Shown here in pieces: positions 18,107 to 25,942 of a stretch of 41,354 nt of DNA. The DNA comes from a virus, in the IMG/VR virus record IMGVR_UViG_3300010274_000001, positions 1 to 41,354 of that record, one strand, 5' to 3'. How positions within the stretch are numbered: position 1 is the stretch's first letter; the number at the start of each line of letters is the position of its first letter. The position numbers and the translations under genes are program-made. The notes below the pieces were generated by a model. That model saw only the letters and a list, made by a program, of their open reading frames with translations. It was not told where the DNA came from and made no database searches.

Positions 18107-18850
18107 ATGGCTGCACCAGAGGTGGCTATATACAAATATAGAGATTTGAAACCTTTTCTAGACCCTACTAAAAGATATATTTTAGATGCCATTGGTGAAC
18201 TTCCAGATGATTGCTGGTTTATACATCCAGTGATGTATGAGCCAGAGCCAGGAACTAGTATACGATATTTTTCAGATGAGAGGGTATATAGGCGGGATTA
18301 CTTTAAATGGCTACGATATTTAATTTTTGAAGCTACAGCAAGAATATTTGTCCTTGATATGTATTATGAAGTTCACGGTGATGGAACACTGACAGTAGAA
18401 GAAATAGTTAAGCAAGCGTTGATAAAATTATTGAACAGAGACAATCTTTATTATAATCTCCCAAATAGTCTTGAGTTGAACTTTTTAAAGGTTAAAGCTG
18501 ATGTAGAAGCAATAGGTGAGGTATTAAAGAATACATATAGACCTGATATAGAAGTTGACCTAGACCACCTTTCAGACGTTTTGTATGTCCCAGTAACTGA
18601 GTATGCTTGGGTTGCATTTTACTATGAGCCCACGCCAAACTTCTATGACCCTGAGTCGCCGTTGACGGTTACATCCCAGCGTCCTTTATTTGACCAATTT
18701 GAGAGTCTTTGGTATCTATTAGGAGGTTATGCAGGGACCAACTATTTTTCAGACTTAGCTTACTGCGGTGATGCATTTACTGATGAAGAGTATTACACTT
18801 ATGTGCTTGATGGTGGTGAAGCTTCTTCAGAAGACTATTTAATAGACTAA
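18107..18850 (+). CDS. Hypothetical acidic, Tyr-rich protein (247 aa)
   Basis: Strong SD (gaaggaggtg). No family recognised. The C-terminal YVLDGGEAS resembles the (V/I)(I/L)D(G/C)G endings of the next two ORFs. Confidence 0.65.
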   Translation: MAAPEVAIYKYRDLKPFLDPTKRYILDAIGELPDDCWFIHPVMYEPEPGTSIRYFSDERVYRRDYFKWLRYLIFEATARIFVLDMYYEVHGDGTLTVEEIVKQALIKLLNRDNLYYNLPNSLELNFLKVKADVEAIGEVLKNTYRPDIEVDLDHLSDVLYVPVTEYAWVAFYYEPTPNFYDPESPLTVTSQRPLFDQFESLWYLLGGYAGTNYFSDLAYCGDAFTDEEYYTYVLDGGEASSEDYLID

Positions 18851-18865
18851 AAAGGAGGTGTTGTT

Positions 18866-19093
18866 ATGGCAGTGCGTATTAAGCTTAGGAGAGGCACAAA
18901 AGAGGAGTGGGAACAATATAATCCCATCTTAGCTTTAGGAGAAATAGGGCTAGAATATGTTATTGACCCTATAACATCCAGTATAACGGATTGGACCCTT
19001 AAAGTTGGAGATGGTGTGCACACATGGTTAGAACTTGATTATCCTGAGGTAGGCATTGTAAGTGATTGCATTATTGATGGAGGTGTTGTCTGA
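18866..19093 (+). CDS. Standalone Mtd-N / tail-fibre N-terminal-domain-like mini-protein (75 aa)
   Basis: MAVRIKLRRGTKEEWEQYNPILALGEIGLE...LKVGDGVHTWLELDY matches the fibre N-terminus (MANVIKFKRGTT...GEIAID...IKVGDGLTAWNNL) and the N-terminal motif of Bordetella phage BPP-1 Mtd (QFRGGTTAQ...VHDGATAGG). SD aaaaggaggtg. Confidence 0.7.
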   Translation: MAVRIKLRRGTKEEWEQYNPILALGEIGLEYVIDPITSSITDWTLKVGDGVHTWLELDYPEVGIVSDCIIDGGVV

Positions 19094-19359
19094 TGGCAAC
19101 TAAAATCAGGATGAGAACAGATACATTAGAAAATTGGACTAATGAAAATCCAAATCTTATTAAAGCAGAATTTGCTATTACTAACTTTGAAAGAGTGTTT
19201 CAAGATAGAGAGGCTAACAGAACACAAATAATTGTAGGGGGTGATGGGATTTCATGGAATGATAGTAGACGTTTAAATACAAGAAGTGCGGATGCTGTTA
19301 TAGATTGTGGTGACCTTGCTATAGAAACAATGGATTCCATGAGACATATTAAGGATTAA
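19093..19359 (+). CDS. Second standalone Mtd-N-like mini-protein (88 aa), more diverged
   Basis: MATKIRMRTDTLENWTNENPNLIKAEFAI...IIVGGDGISWNDSRRL. TGATG start/stop overlap with the upstream ORF. Confidence 0.65.
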   Translation: MATKIRMRTDTLENWTNENPNLIKAEFAITNFERVFQDREANRTQIIVGGDGISWNDSRRLNTRSADAVIDCGDLAIETMDSMRHIKD

Positions 19360-19375
19360 TCAGCATTCCATAGGT

Positions 19376-19486
19376 TACCTAAGCGTAGTAGGTCCTACGT
19401 TGATTCAGACATAGCGTTCTGATAGATTATATAGGTTGGAAGGGTAAAATTGATTGTATGGCACATGAGAGCCCTTTATGGGCTTA
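19376..19486 (+). promoter_or_regulatory. Conserved intergenic module, copy B (ahead of the TM-protein and fibre genes), the most diverged copy
   Basis: TACCTAAGCGTAGTAGGTCCTACG ... TGATAGATTATATAGG ... GTAAAATTGATTGTATGG aligns with copies A, C' and D'. It ends with an AGCCC-tttat-GGGCT hairpin, 24 nt before the ATG at 19511. Confidence 0.75.
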
Positions 19487-19510
19487 AAAAATCTAAGGAG
19501 GTAGAGTAAT

Positions 19511-19783
19511 ATGGGAGAAATTTTAACTGCGATACTTAGTATAGGTGGCATGATATTGATAGGATATTTAAAGCCTGAATGGTTAGTAGGGTGGTTATTG
19601 AAGCTGTTGGATAAAAAACTGCCTAGCAAAAGTAATAACATAGAAAATGCTTTAGGAGTCAAAGCTATAGAGACTGGAATATACATAATCAAAGCCCACC
19701 CTGACTCTGATAAGATGAGTGAAAACATAAAAGTTATTGAAGCAAGTTTGGAAGTTTTAAAGGATGAACTAAAAAACCACTAG
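19511..19783 (+). CDS. Small membrane protein (90 aa) with an N-terminal TM helix; holin candidate
   Basis: SD ctaaggaggt. ILTAILSIGGMILIGYL TM segment followed by an amphipathic WLVGWLLKLL. Confidence 0.6.
   Translation: MGEILTAILSIGGMILIGYLKPEWLVGWLLKLLDKKLPSKSNNIENALGVKAIETGIYIIKAHPDSDKMSENIKVIEASLEVLKDELKNH
19771..19777 (+). promoter_or_regulatory. Candidate -1 ribosomal frameshift heptamer A_AAA_AAC, in the correct phase
   Basis: The zero-frame codons are AAA (19772-74) and AAC (19775-77), two codons before the TAG stop. The -1 frame stays open from 19777 to 20016. Confidence 0.35.
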
Positions 19784-19887
19784 TTGCCACTGGATTATCT
19801 AAGGGTCTTCACATAGTTAAGAAGGGCAATGGAATATACTTTTACTATGTTGGAGACTCTAAGGTTCCACCTAAGGCTGAAGAAAAG

Positions 19888-20019
19888 ATGGAGCAGTTAA
19901 CTAAAGATATTTACTTAGCAACGATGGATGAAGAAGATAAAGAAAAGATGGCTCGATGGCAACAGGAATTGGAAGAAAGTTTTAAGAAAGAAACACAGAA
20001 GAATAAAGGAGGTAAATAA
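19888..20019 (+). CDS. Either a small ORF (43 aa, no SD) or the distal part of an 80-codon -1 frameshift extension of the 19511 gene
   Basis: The frame is open from 19768 to 20016 with no ATG/GTG/TTG before 19888. Neither internal ATG has an SD, although nearly every other gene here has GGAGG. Confidence 0.35.
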   Translation: MEQLTKDIYLATMDEEDKEKMARWQQELEESFKKETQKNKGGK

Positions 20020-20020
20020 T

Positions 20021-23000
20021 ATGGCAAACGTAATAAAGTTTAAACGTGGAACTACAGCTAATGTTGCAAAATTAAATGGAGTAGACCTGCCACTATTACA
20101 AGAAGGTGAAATAGCAATTGATATCACTACAAAAACAATCAAAGTTGGAGATGGTCTTACTGCCTGGAATAATCTAAGAGGTATCAACGCTGATACTTTA
20201 GATGGTTTTCATGCTAGTCAAAACGCCGATGCTAATAATGTAGCAGTTAGAAATGCTGATGGCAAATTGGTTGGAGACATCTTAGGCAACTCTGAAACAT
20301 CTACTAAACTTAAGACGTCACGAACATTATCACTCAGTGGTGACGCCACTGGTAGTGCTTCTTTTGATGGTTCGGCAAATGCTACAATAGCAACTACTGT
20401 TAATAATGCTGCTCAAGCTGCTAAACTTACTACAGCTAGAATTATAGCACTCAGTGGTGATGCTTCAGGTAGCACAACTTTTGATGGTTCAGCTAATGTC
20501 ACTATATCAGCTACAGTCAATGATTCAGCCAAAGTAGGAGGATATAGTCCTTCAGAAACTGTTGAAGCTAGTACAGTTCCTGTAAGAGATGCTAATGGGG
20601 CTTTACCAGGGAATATAACTGGAAATGCTGCTACAGCTACAAAATTGGCTACAGCAAGAACTATAGCACTCAGTGGAGATGCTAGTGGCAGTGTCACTTT
20701 TGATGGCACTGCAGATAAGACTATATCTACTACAGTGTCTCAAGCGGCTAAGCTTAAAACACCTAGAACGATAACCTTAAGTGGTGACGTAAGCGGCAGC
20801 ACTAGCTTTGATGGTTCTACAAATGTTACAATAAGCTCTACAGTCAATGATTCAGCTAAAGTAGGAGGTTACAGTCCAGCTACAACAGCTACAGCTAATG
20901 CTGTTGCTGTTAGAGATGAAAACGGTAAATTGGCTGGGGATATATTGGGAAACGCAGCCACTGCTACTTTAGCTGCTGATGCTACAAAATTAGCAACGGC
21001 AAGAACTATATCACTCGGTGGCAACGCTTCAGGTAGTGCCAATTTTGATGGAAGCGCTAATGTTACTATATTAGCAACAGTCAATGATTCAGCCAAAGTT
21101 GGTGGATATAGCCCTTCAACAACTGCTACAGCCAATGCTGTTGCTATTAGAGACGCTAACGGTAAATTGGCTGGAGATATCACTGGAAATGCAGCTACTG
21201 CTACTTTAGCAACCAGTGCAGATAAGTTGACTACAGCAAGAACAATTACACTTAGCGGAGGTGTCACAGGTAGCACAAACTTTGATGGTTCTACTAACAC
21301 AACCATAGTAACAAATGTAACTGGTGACAGTCATTATCATACAATATCAACAATAACAGATATAGCCAATGCTAGTGTTTCGCAAGCTAATAATGCGACT
21401 AAATTAAACAATTATAGCCCGTCTACATCAGCTACACCTAGTACAGTGGCAGTTAGAGATACCAATGGTAAATTAGCTGGAGATATCACTGGAAATGCTG
21501 ATACTGTCGATGGATTCCATGCTAGCCAAAGCGCTACAGCTAATAGCATTGCTGTGAGGGACGCTAGTGGTAAACTAGCGGGCGATATTACTGGAAATGC
21601 TGCTACTGCAACTAACGCTAGCAAGTTAGCAGGCTTACTTCCTTCTACAATTAATGAACCAAACACAGTTGTTGTAAGGGATTCAGATGGTAACATAGTT
21701 GGTGGCACTATTGTTGGACAAATTGATAGCGCAGACAAAGTTGATGGCTTTCACGCTAGCCAAAGTGCTATACCCAATAATGTAGCTGTAAGGGATGCTA
21801 ATGGTAAGCTTCCAGGTAATGTTTTGGGTCATGCTGAAGCTACATATGAAGAGCTAATAGAGCTTTCGGAGGATGTAGATGACGTTATAGGTTTTGCAGG
21901 TTATGAAGGTTCTGGTATATTAGGGTTAGAGTGGGATGTACCTAGTGGAACAGTAAGAAGACTGGGAGCTGCTGTAGGTAAGAATGGTGGCGCAGACTTT
22001 GACCAATATAATATGTATGGTGGGCGTAAGCGCTGTATTTTAACCGATGATGGCGTCCGTCTTGCTTACTATGGTGAGCCCGGATTTACTGAGACAGGTA
22101 AGCTTGAGGAAGAACTTACTATAGGAGGTGTAACTTATCCAGTAGGCACTCCTGTTCAGGTGATGGTGGAACAACCTGTGTTTTGGTATAAGACGGTACC
22201 ATTGAAATTTAAAAAGATACCAGGGCAAGATGGGCTAACTGTCCAAAAAATACGTTACTATATTTCTGATACAGCTAGACCGGGCTTTAAACGACATCCA
22301 GCATTTTATACTAGGACTCCCGATAGAAAACCTGTAAATTATATATATTTAGGAGCTTACGAAGGCTGTACCTATGATAGTTCAACTGGTGAATATCTTT
22401 TGAATGATGAATCTGGAATAGATTTTAACAACGATAAATTGTCTTCAATAGCTAATGCTATCCCAACTTCTACAGCTAATAACTTTTTCAGATTCACTAG
22501 CGCACAACAATTAGTTAAAAATAGAGGTAATGGTTGGCAATTAAATGATATTTTTTCTTTATCAGCAATACAAATATTATTTGCTATAGAATATGGTTCG
22601 TTTGATTCACAAGCAATGCTAGGAAACGGCGTGAATGGTCGTATATCTACCGGGTCTACATCAACATTTGGAAATGTATCTGGTGTAAGCCAGAATAATG
22701 CTATAACTTATAGAGGACAGGAAAATTTATGGGGAAATACTGAAGAATTAATAGACGGAGTAAATATATATGCAACAGGGACAAAAGTTAAAGCATATAT
22801 ATCTTATTATGATTTTGAGGCTGCTAAAGATGCCAAACCTTATTTTGACGTGGGCTTTGATTTGGCTACAGGAAATAATTATATTAGTGCTATAGGTTGG
22901 TCTGAAATATGCGATTTTACATTTTTGCCAACAGAAAACGAAGGTCTTGCAAGTAAACCACTTCATGATGTTTATTTTTCTGCTGTTCAAGCACAAGGTT

Positions 23001-25195
23001 TTAAAGCTTTTTTATTTGGTGGAGGTATTTCAGCAGCTAGAACTGGGCTTTTTTATACAAATTGTTCCAGTGGTTATCTTACATCAGCTTCAGCGTTAGC
23101 CGCTCGTATTATATATGTTCCCACTAATGACCCGACAAAACTGTCTATATCAGATAAAACTATACATCTTATAGGCGATGTTACGGGCAGCACAGCCCTT
23201 GATGAGACCACCAATGTCTTTATAACCACCACAGTAAACAATTCAGCCAAACTAGACGGCAAAAGTCCGTCTACATCAGCTACAGCCAATACAGTCCCAG
23301 TTCGTGATTCCACAGGCAAGCTAGCAGGTGATATAACTGGTAACTCTGCTACAGCTACCAAACTAGTTACCGCAAGGACTATTAGTCTTACAGGAGACGC
23401 AACAGGCAGTACTAGCTTTGATGGTAGTGCTAATGCTAGCATAACTGCCACAGTGTCTCAAGCAGCTAAGCTTAAAACACCACGGACTATATCCCTTAGC
23501 GGTGATGTAAGTGGTAGTACAAGCTTTGATGGTAGTGCTAATGCTAGCATAACTGCCACAGTGTCTCAAGCAGCTAAGCTTAAAACACCACGGACTATAT
23601 CCCTTAGCGGTGATGTAAGTGGTAGTACAAGCTTTGATGGTTCAGCAAACGCTACTATAGCTACCACAGTCAACAATGCTGCCAAATTGAACAACTATAG
23701 TCCGTCTACAACGCCTACAGCTAACTCAATACCAGTTAGGGATGCTAATGGACGATTGGTTGGTGATATAACAGGCAATGCTGCTACGGCAACTTCTGCG
23801 TCCAGTGCTGATACGGCTACTACAGCTACTAAGCTTGCTACAGCACGTACTCTAGCCTTAAGCGGTGATGTAACAGGCAGTGCTTCTTTTGATGGAAGCG
23901 CTAATGCTACCATAAGTGCTACAGTAAACAATGCTGCTCAAGCTGCTAAGTTAGCTACAGCAAGAACTATAACTCTTACTGGAGATGCTAGTGGGAGCTC
24001 AAGTTTTGATGGAACATCCAATGTTTCAATAGCAGCGACAGTTAACAATGCGGCTAAAGTTGGTGGATACAGTCCAGCTACTACAGCTACTGCTAGCACA
24101 GTGGCTGTAAGGGATGCTAACGGTAAGCTTGCTGGGGATATATTGGGAAATGCTGCAACAGCAACTTCGGCAACTAGTGCTACTACAGCAACTAAGCTTG
24201 CTACAGCAAGGACTATTGCACTTACTGGGGATGTTACTGGGAGCACTACATTCGATGGCAGTGCTAACAAAACTATAACTACCACAGTAAACAATTCTGC
24301 CAAAGTTGGAGGATACAGCCCGTCTACGTCGGCTACAGCCAATGCTGTTGCTGTAAGAGACACTAATGGTAAGCTACCTGGCGACATTACTGGAAATGCA
24401 GCTACAGCAACTAAAGCTGATAAGTTGACTACATCCAGAATTATTAGACTTACAGGAGACGTTAGCGGTAGCACACCCTTCGATGGGAGTCGCGATGCTA
24501 CTATAGCTGTTACAGTAGACAACTCTGCAAGGTTAGCAGGGTACAGTCCCAACACTAGCACTGGAGCTAACACAATACCAGTAAGGAATTCTTCGGGAGC
24601 ATTGCCTGGCAATATTTTAGGTAATGCTGCTACAGCTACTAAGCTTGCTACAGCAAGGACTATTGCACTTACTGGGGATGTTACGGGAAGTGCTTCTTTT
24701 GATGGAAGCGCTAATGCTACTATAAATACTACATCTACTATTGCAGGCTTTCCAAAGAGTTCCACTAAGCTAAATGTTGTTACAGGGACACCTAGTGGCA
24801 ATTTAGAAGCCAATAAAATATACTTTTTAGAAACTGGTACACTTTCTTCTGGCACATATTATTTAGAAAAATACATGCCAGTAAATTTAAATTATAGAAT
24901 ATTTGGTACCTTGAATTCAGGTGGTGGCAATACCTCTCTAAGATGGTTAGCTTTAACAGATGACTTAATAGCTTATTCGTATGGGGGTGGTTCTCATTGT
25001 GTGTTTGAAATTGATATTGTTGGTGGCATCGCAATTGGTATATGGCTATTTACCTCTGAAACCAAAATGGCTAATTACAGTAGTGGTATTTTAACAGTCC
25101 CAACTTCAGCTTCTGATTTGCGTTTACGTTTTATAGGGTCTCTTTCTGGTTCGAATTCAGGTTTGCGTATGACAATAACTACCTGGGCAAGATAA
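20021..25195 (+). CDS. Tail fibre, 1724 aa: Mtd-N-like anchor, repeat region, internal C-type-lectin/FGE-like domain, second repeat region, distinct C-terminal domain
   Basis: ATG at 20021 follows aaaggaggt. There are dozens of interleaved repeats of two types: KLxTARTIxLSGDxSGSxSFDGSANxTI and AKVGGYSPSTTATANAVAVRDxNGKLAGDIxGNAATAT. The non-repeat centre spans 21830-23125 and the distinct C-terminus 24738-25192. Confidence 0.9.
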   Translation: MANVIKFKRGTTANVAKLNGVDLPLLQEGEIAIDITTKTIKVGDGLTAWNNLRGINADTLDGFHASQNADANNVAVRNADGKLVGDILGNSETSTKLKTSRTLSLSGDATGSASFDGSANATIATTVNNAAQAAKLTTARIIALSGDASGSTTFDGSANVTISATVNDSAKVGGYSPSETVEASTVPVRDANGALPGNITGNAATATKLATARTIALSGDASGSVTFDGTADKTISTTVSQAAKLKTPRTITLSGDVSGSTSFDGSTNVTISSTVNDSAKVGGYSPATTATANAVAVRDENGKLAGDILGNAATATLAADATKLATARTISLGGNASGSANFDGSANVTILATVNDSAKVGGYSPSTTATANAVAIRDANGKLAGDITGNAATATLATSADKLTTARTITLSGGVTGSTNFDGSTNTTIVTNVTGDSHYHTISTITDIANASVSQANNATKLNNYSPSTSATPSTVAVRDTNGKLAGDITGNADTVDGFHASQSATANSIAVRDASGKLAGDITGNAATATNASKLAGLLPSTINEPNTVVVRDSDGNIVGGTIVGQIDSADKVDGFHASQSAIPNNVAVRDANGKLPGNVLGHAEATYEELIELSEDVDDVIGFAGYEGSGILGLEWDVPSGTVRRLGAAVGKNGGADFDQYNMYGGRKRCILTDDGVRLAYYGEPGFTETGKLEEELTIGGVTYPVGTPVQVMVEQPVFWYKTVPLKFKKIPGQDGLTVQKIRYYISDTARPGFKRHPAFYTRTPDRKPVNYIYLGAYEGCTYDSSTGEYLLNDESGIDFNNDKLSSIANAIPTSTANNFFRFTSAQQLVKNRGNGWQLNDIFSLSAIQILFAIEYGSFDSQAMLGNGVNGRISTGSTSTFGNVSGVSQNNAITYRGQENLWGNTEELIDGVNIYATGTKVKAYISYYDFEAAKDAKPYFDVGFDLATGNNYISAIGWSEICDFTFLPTENEGLASKPLHDVYFSAVQAQGFKAFLFGGGISAARTGLFYTNCSSGYLTSASALAARIIYVPTNDPTKLSISDKTIHLIGDVTGSTALDETTNVFITTTVNNSAKLDGKSPSTSATANTVPVRDSTGKLAGDITGNSATATKLVTARTISLTGDATGSTSFDGSANASITATVSQAAKLKTPRTISLSGDVSGSTSFDGSANASITATVSQAAKLKTPRTISLSGDVSGSTSFDGSANATIATTVNNAAKLNNYSPSTTPTANSIPVRDANGRLVGDITGNAATATSASSADTATTATKLATARTLALSGDVTGSASFDGSANATISATVNNAAQAAKLATARTITLTGDASGSSSFDGTSNVSIAATVNNAAKVGGYSPATTATASTVAVRDANGKLAGDILGNAATATSATSATTATKLATARTIALTGDVTGSTTFDGSANKTITTTVNNSAKVGGYSPSTSATANAVAVRDTNGKLPGDITGNAATATKADKLTTSRIIRLTGDVSGSTPFDGSRDATIAVTVDNSARLAGYSPNTSTGANTIPVRNSSGALPGNILGNAATATKLATARTIALTGDVTGSASFDGSANATINTTSTIAGFPKSSTKLNVVTGTPSGNLEANKIYFLETGTLSSGTYYLEKYMPVNLNYRIFGTLNSGGGNTSLRWLALTDDLIAYSYGGGSHCVFEIDIVGGIAIGIWLFTSETKMANYSSGILTVPTSASDLRLRFIGSLSGSNSGLRMTITTWAR
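23414..23641 (+). repeat. Perfect tandem duplication of a 108-bp (36-aa) fibre repeat unit, 2.1 copies
   Basis: 23414-23521 is identical to 23522-23629, and the next 12 nt match again. Each unit encodes SFDGSANASITATVSQAAKLKTPRTISLSGDVSGST. Confidence 0.9.
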
Positions 25196-25199
25196 ACAA

Positions 25200-25221
25200 A
25201 AGCCTCCCCTAAGGGAGGCTT
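25200..25221. terminator. Bidirectional intrinsic terminator between the convergent fibre and scaffold genes
   Basis: aagcctccc-ctaa-gggaggctt, with T-rich runs on both strands (cttctttctt on +, ttttgttt on -). Confidence 0.85.
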
Positions 25222-25239
25222 CTTCTTTCTTAAGCAGCA

Positions 25240-25941
25240 TTAGTCAAACTTAGATATTAGTGCTCTCTTTTCCACCAGCTCACGATACTTAGGATTCTGT
25301 AGCTTCTTAGTGTCCGTTAGTGCCTCAAACATTTCATGAGGAGAGCTAAAGGGTACTATATCTTCCCTGGTATTAGCACTACCGTCAATGTATCCTCCTG
25401 AAACTTGTTGAGTATTAGCAAGATACTGAGCTTTCAATCCTAATAAAGCCCATTTCATGACCTTAGGGTCTCCAGAAAGCATAAGTGCATTAAACTCCTC
25501 CCTTTCTTCCTTAGACAGTGTTTTGTTTGCCCACTCAGCCATGTTAGTAAATGTACCTTTGCCACCAACGGTATCATAAAGCTTGTCTAAGATAGCGTCT
25601 GCTTCTGAGCGCAGACCTTTGATAGCCAACTGTAGCTCTGTCTTAGTAAACCCTTTGTCTAAAAATGGTTTTAAGTCATCATCGCTAAGATTATCCTTGT
25701 AAATTAGTGATTGCAATTCTGGTAGTATATCATCTATAGCTACCTTAGTCTTCTCTTTCTCTTCCTTTACTTGCGGGGCTTCTTCAGTGGATAGCAAAGG
25801 TTTTACTGGAGCTTCTTTAGCTTCTTCAGGTTTAACTTCTGCTGCTTCTTGAGGCTGAGCTTCTACTGCCTTTTCTTCTTTAACCTCTTGAGCTTCCACC
25901 AATTCTTTACCTTCTTCTAACCCAATTTTTCTTTCCTCCAT
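25240..25941 (-). CDS. Scaffolding protein (gp9 position), 233 aa, acidic E/K/P-rich N-terminus
   Basis: It lies immediately downstream of the portal gene, with ATG at 25941 following ggaggtg. The call rests on composition and synteny. Confidence 0.7.
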   Translation of the reverse strand: MEERKIGLEEGKELVEAQEVKEEKAVEAQPQEAAEVKPEEAKEAPVKPLLSTEEAPQVKEEKEKTKVAIDDILPELQSLIYKDNLSDDDLKPFLDKGFTKTELQLAIKGLRSEADAILDKLYDTVGGKGTFTNMAEWANKTLSKEEREEFNALMLSGDPKVMKWALLGLKAQYLANTQQVSGGYIDGSANTREDIVPFSSPHEMFEALTDTKKLQNPKYRELVEKRALISKFD

Positions 25942-25942
25942 A

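Noticed and set aside
19420-19436. Hammerhead-like CUGAUAG core in block 2 of the modules (B and D': CTGATAGATTA)
   Set aside because: The canonical core is CUGAUGA...GAAA with defined helices. Copies A and C' read TGACGAA / TGACAGA, so the motif is not conserved, and I could not draw the required three-helix junction.
19405-19728. 107-aa - strand ORF overlapping module B and the 19511 gene
   Set aside because: It has no SD, lies antisense to a gene with a good SD and a TM-protein character, and runs through the conserved non-coding module.
22990-23125. Diversity-generating retroelement (DGR) targeting the Mtd/C-lectin-like domain
   Set aside because: No reverse transcriptase ORF exists anywhere in the window. 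I found no second (template-repeat) copy of the ~130-bp putative variable region. The architecture is Mtd-like, but the mutagenic machinery is absent.
20190-24735. The regularly spaced fibre repeats as a possible CRISPR array or non-coding tandem repeat
   Set aside because: The repeats are in-frame within a single 5.2-kb ORF. They are diverged at synonymous positions and have no unique spacers of uniform length. No leader or cas genes are present.
20413-24855. Series of long antisense ORFs inside the fibre gene (for example 20869-21306, 23074-23451 and 23938-24855, the last being 305 aa)
   Set aside because: They mirror the sense-strand Ala/Thr/Ser/Gly-rich repeats (GCT/ACA/AGC codons), whose reverse complements contain no stop codons. 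They have no SDs and give repetitive, implausible Ala/Val/Leu/Pro peptides. The sense frame has clear fibre motifs.
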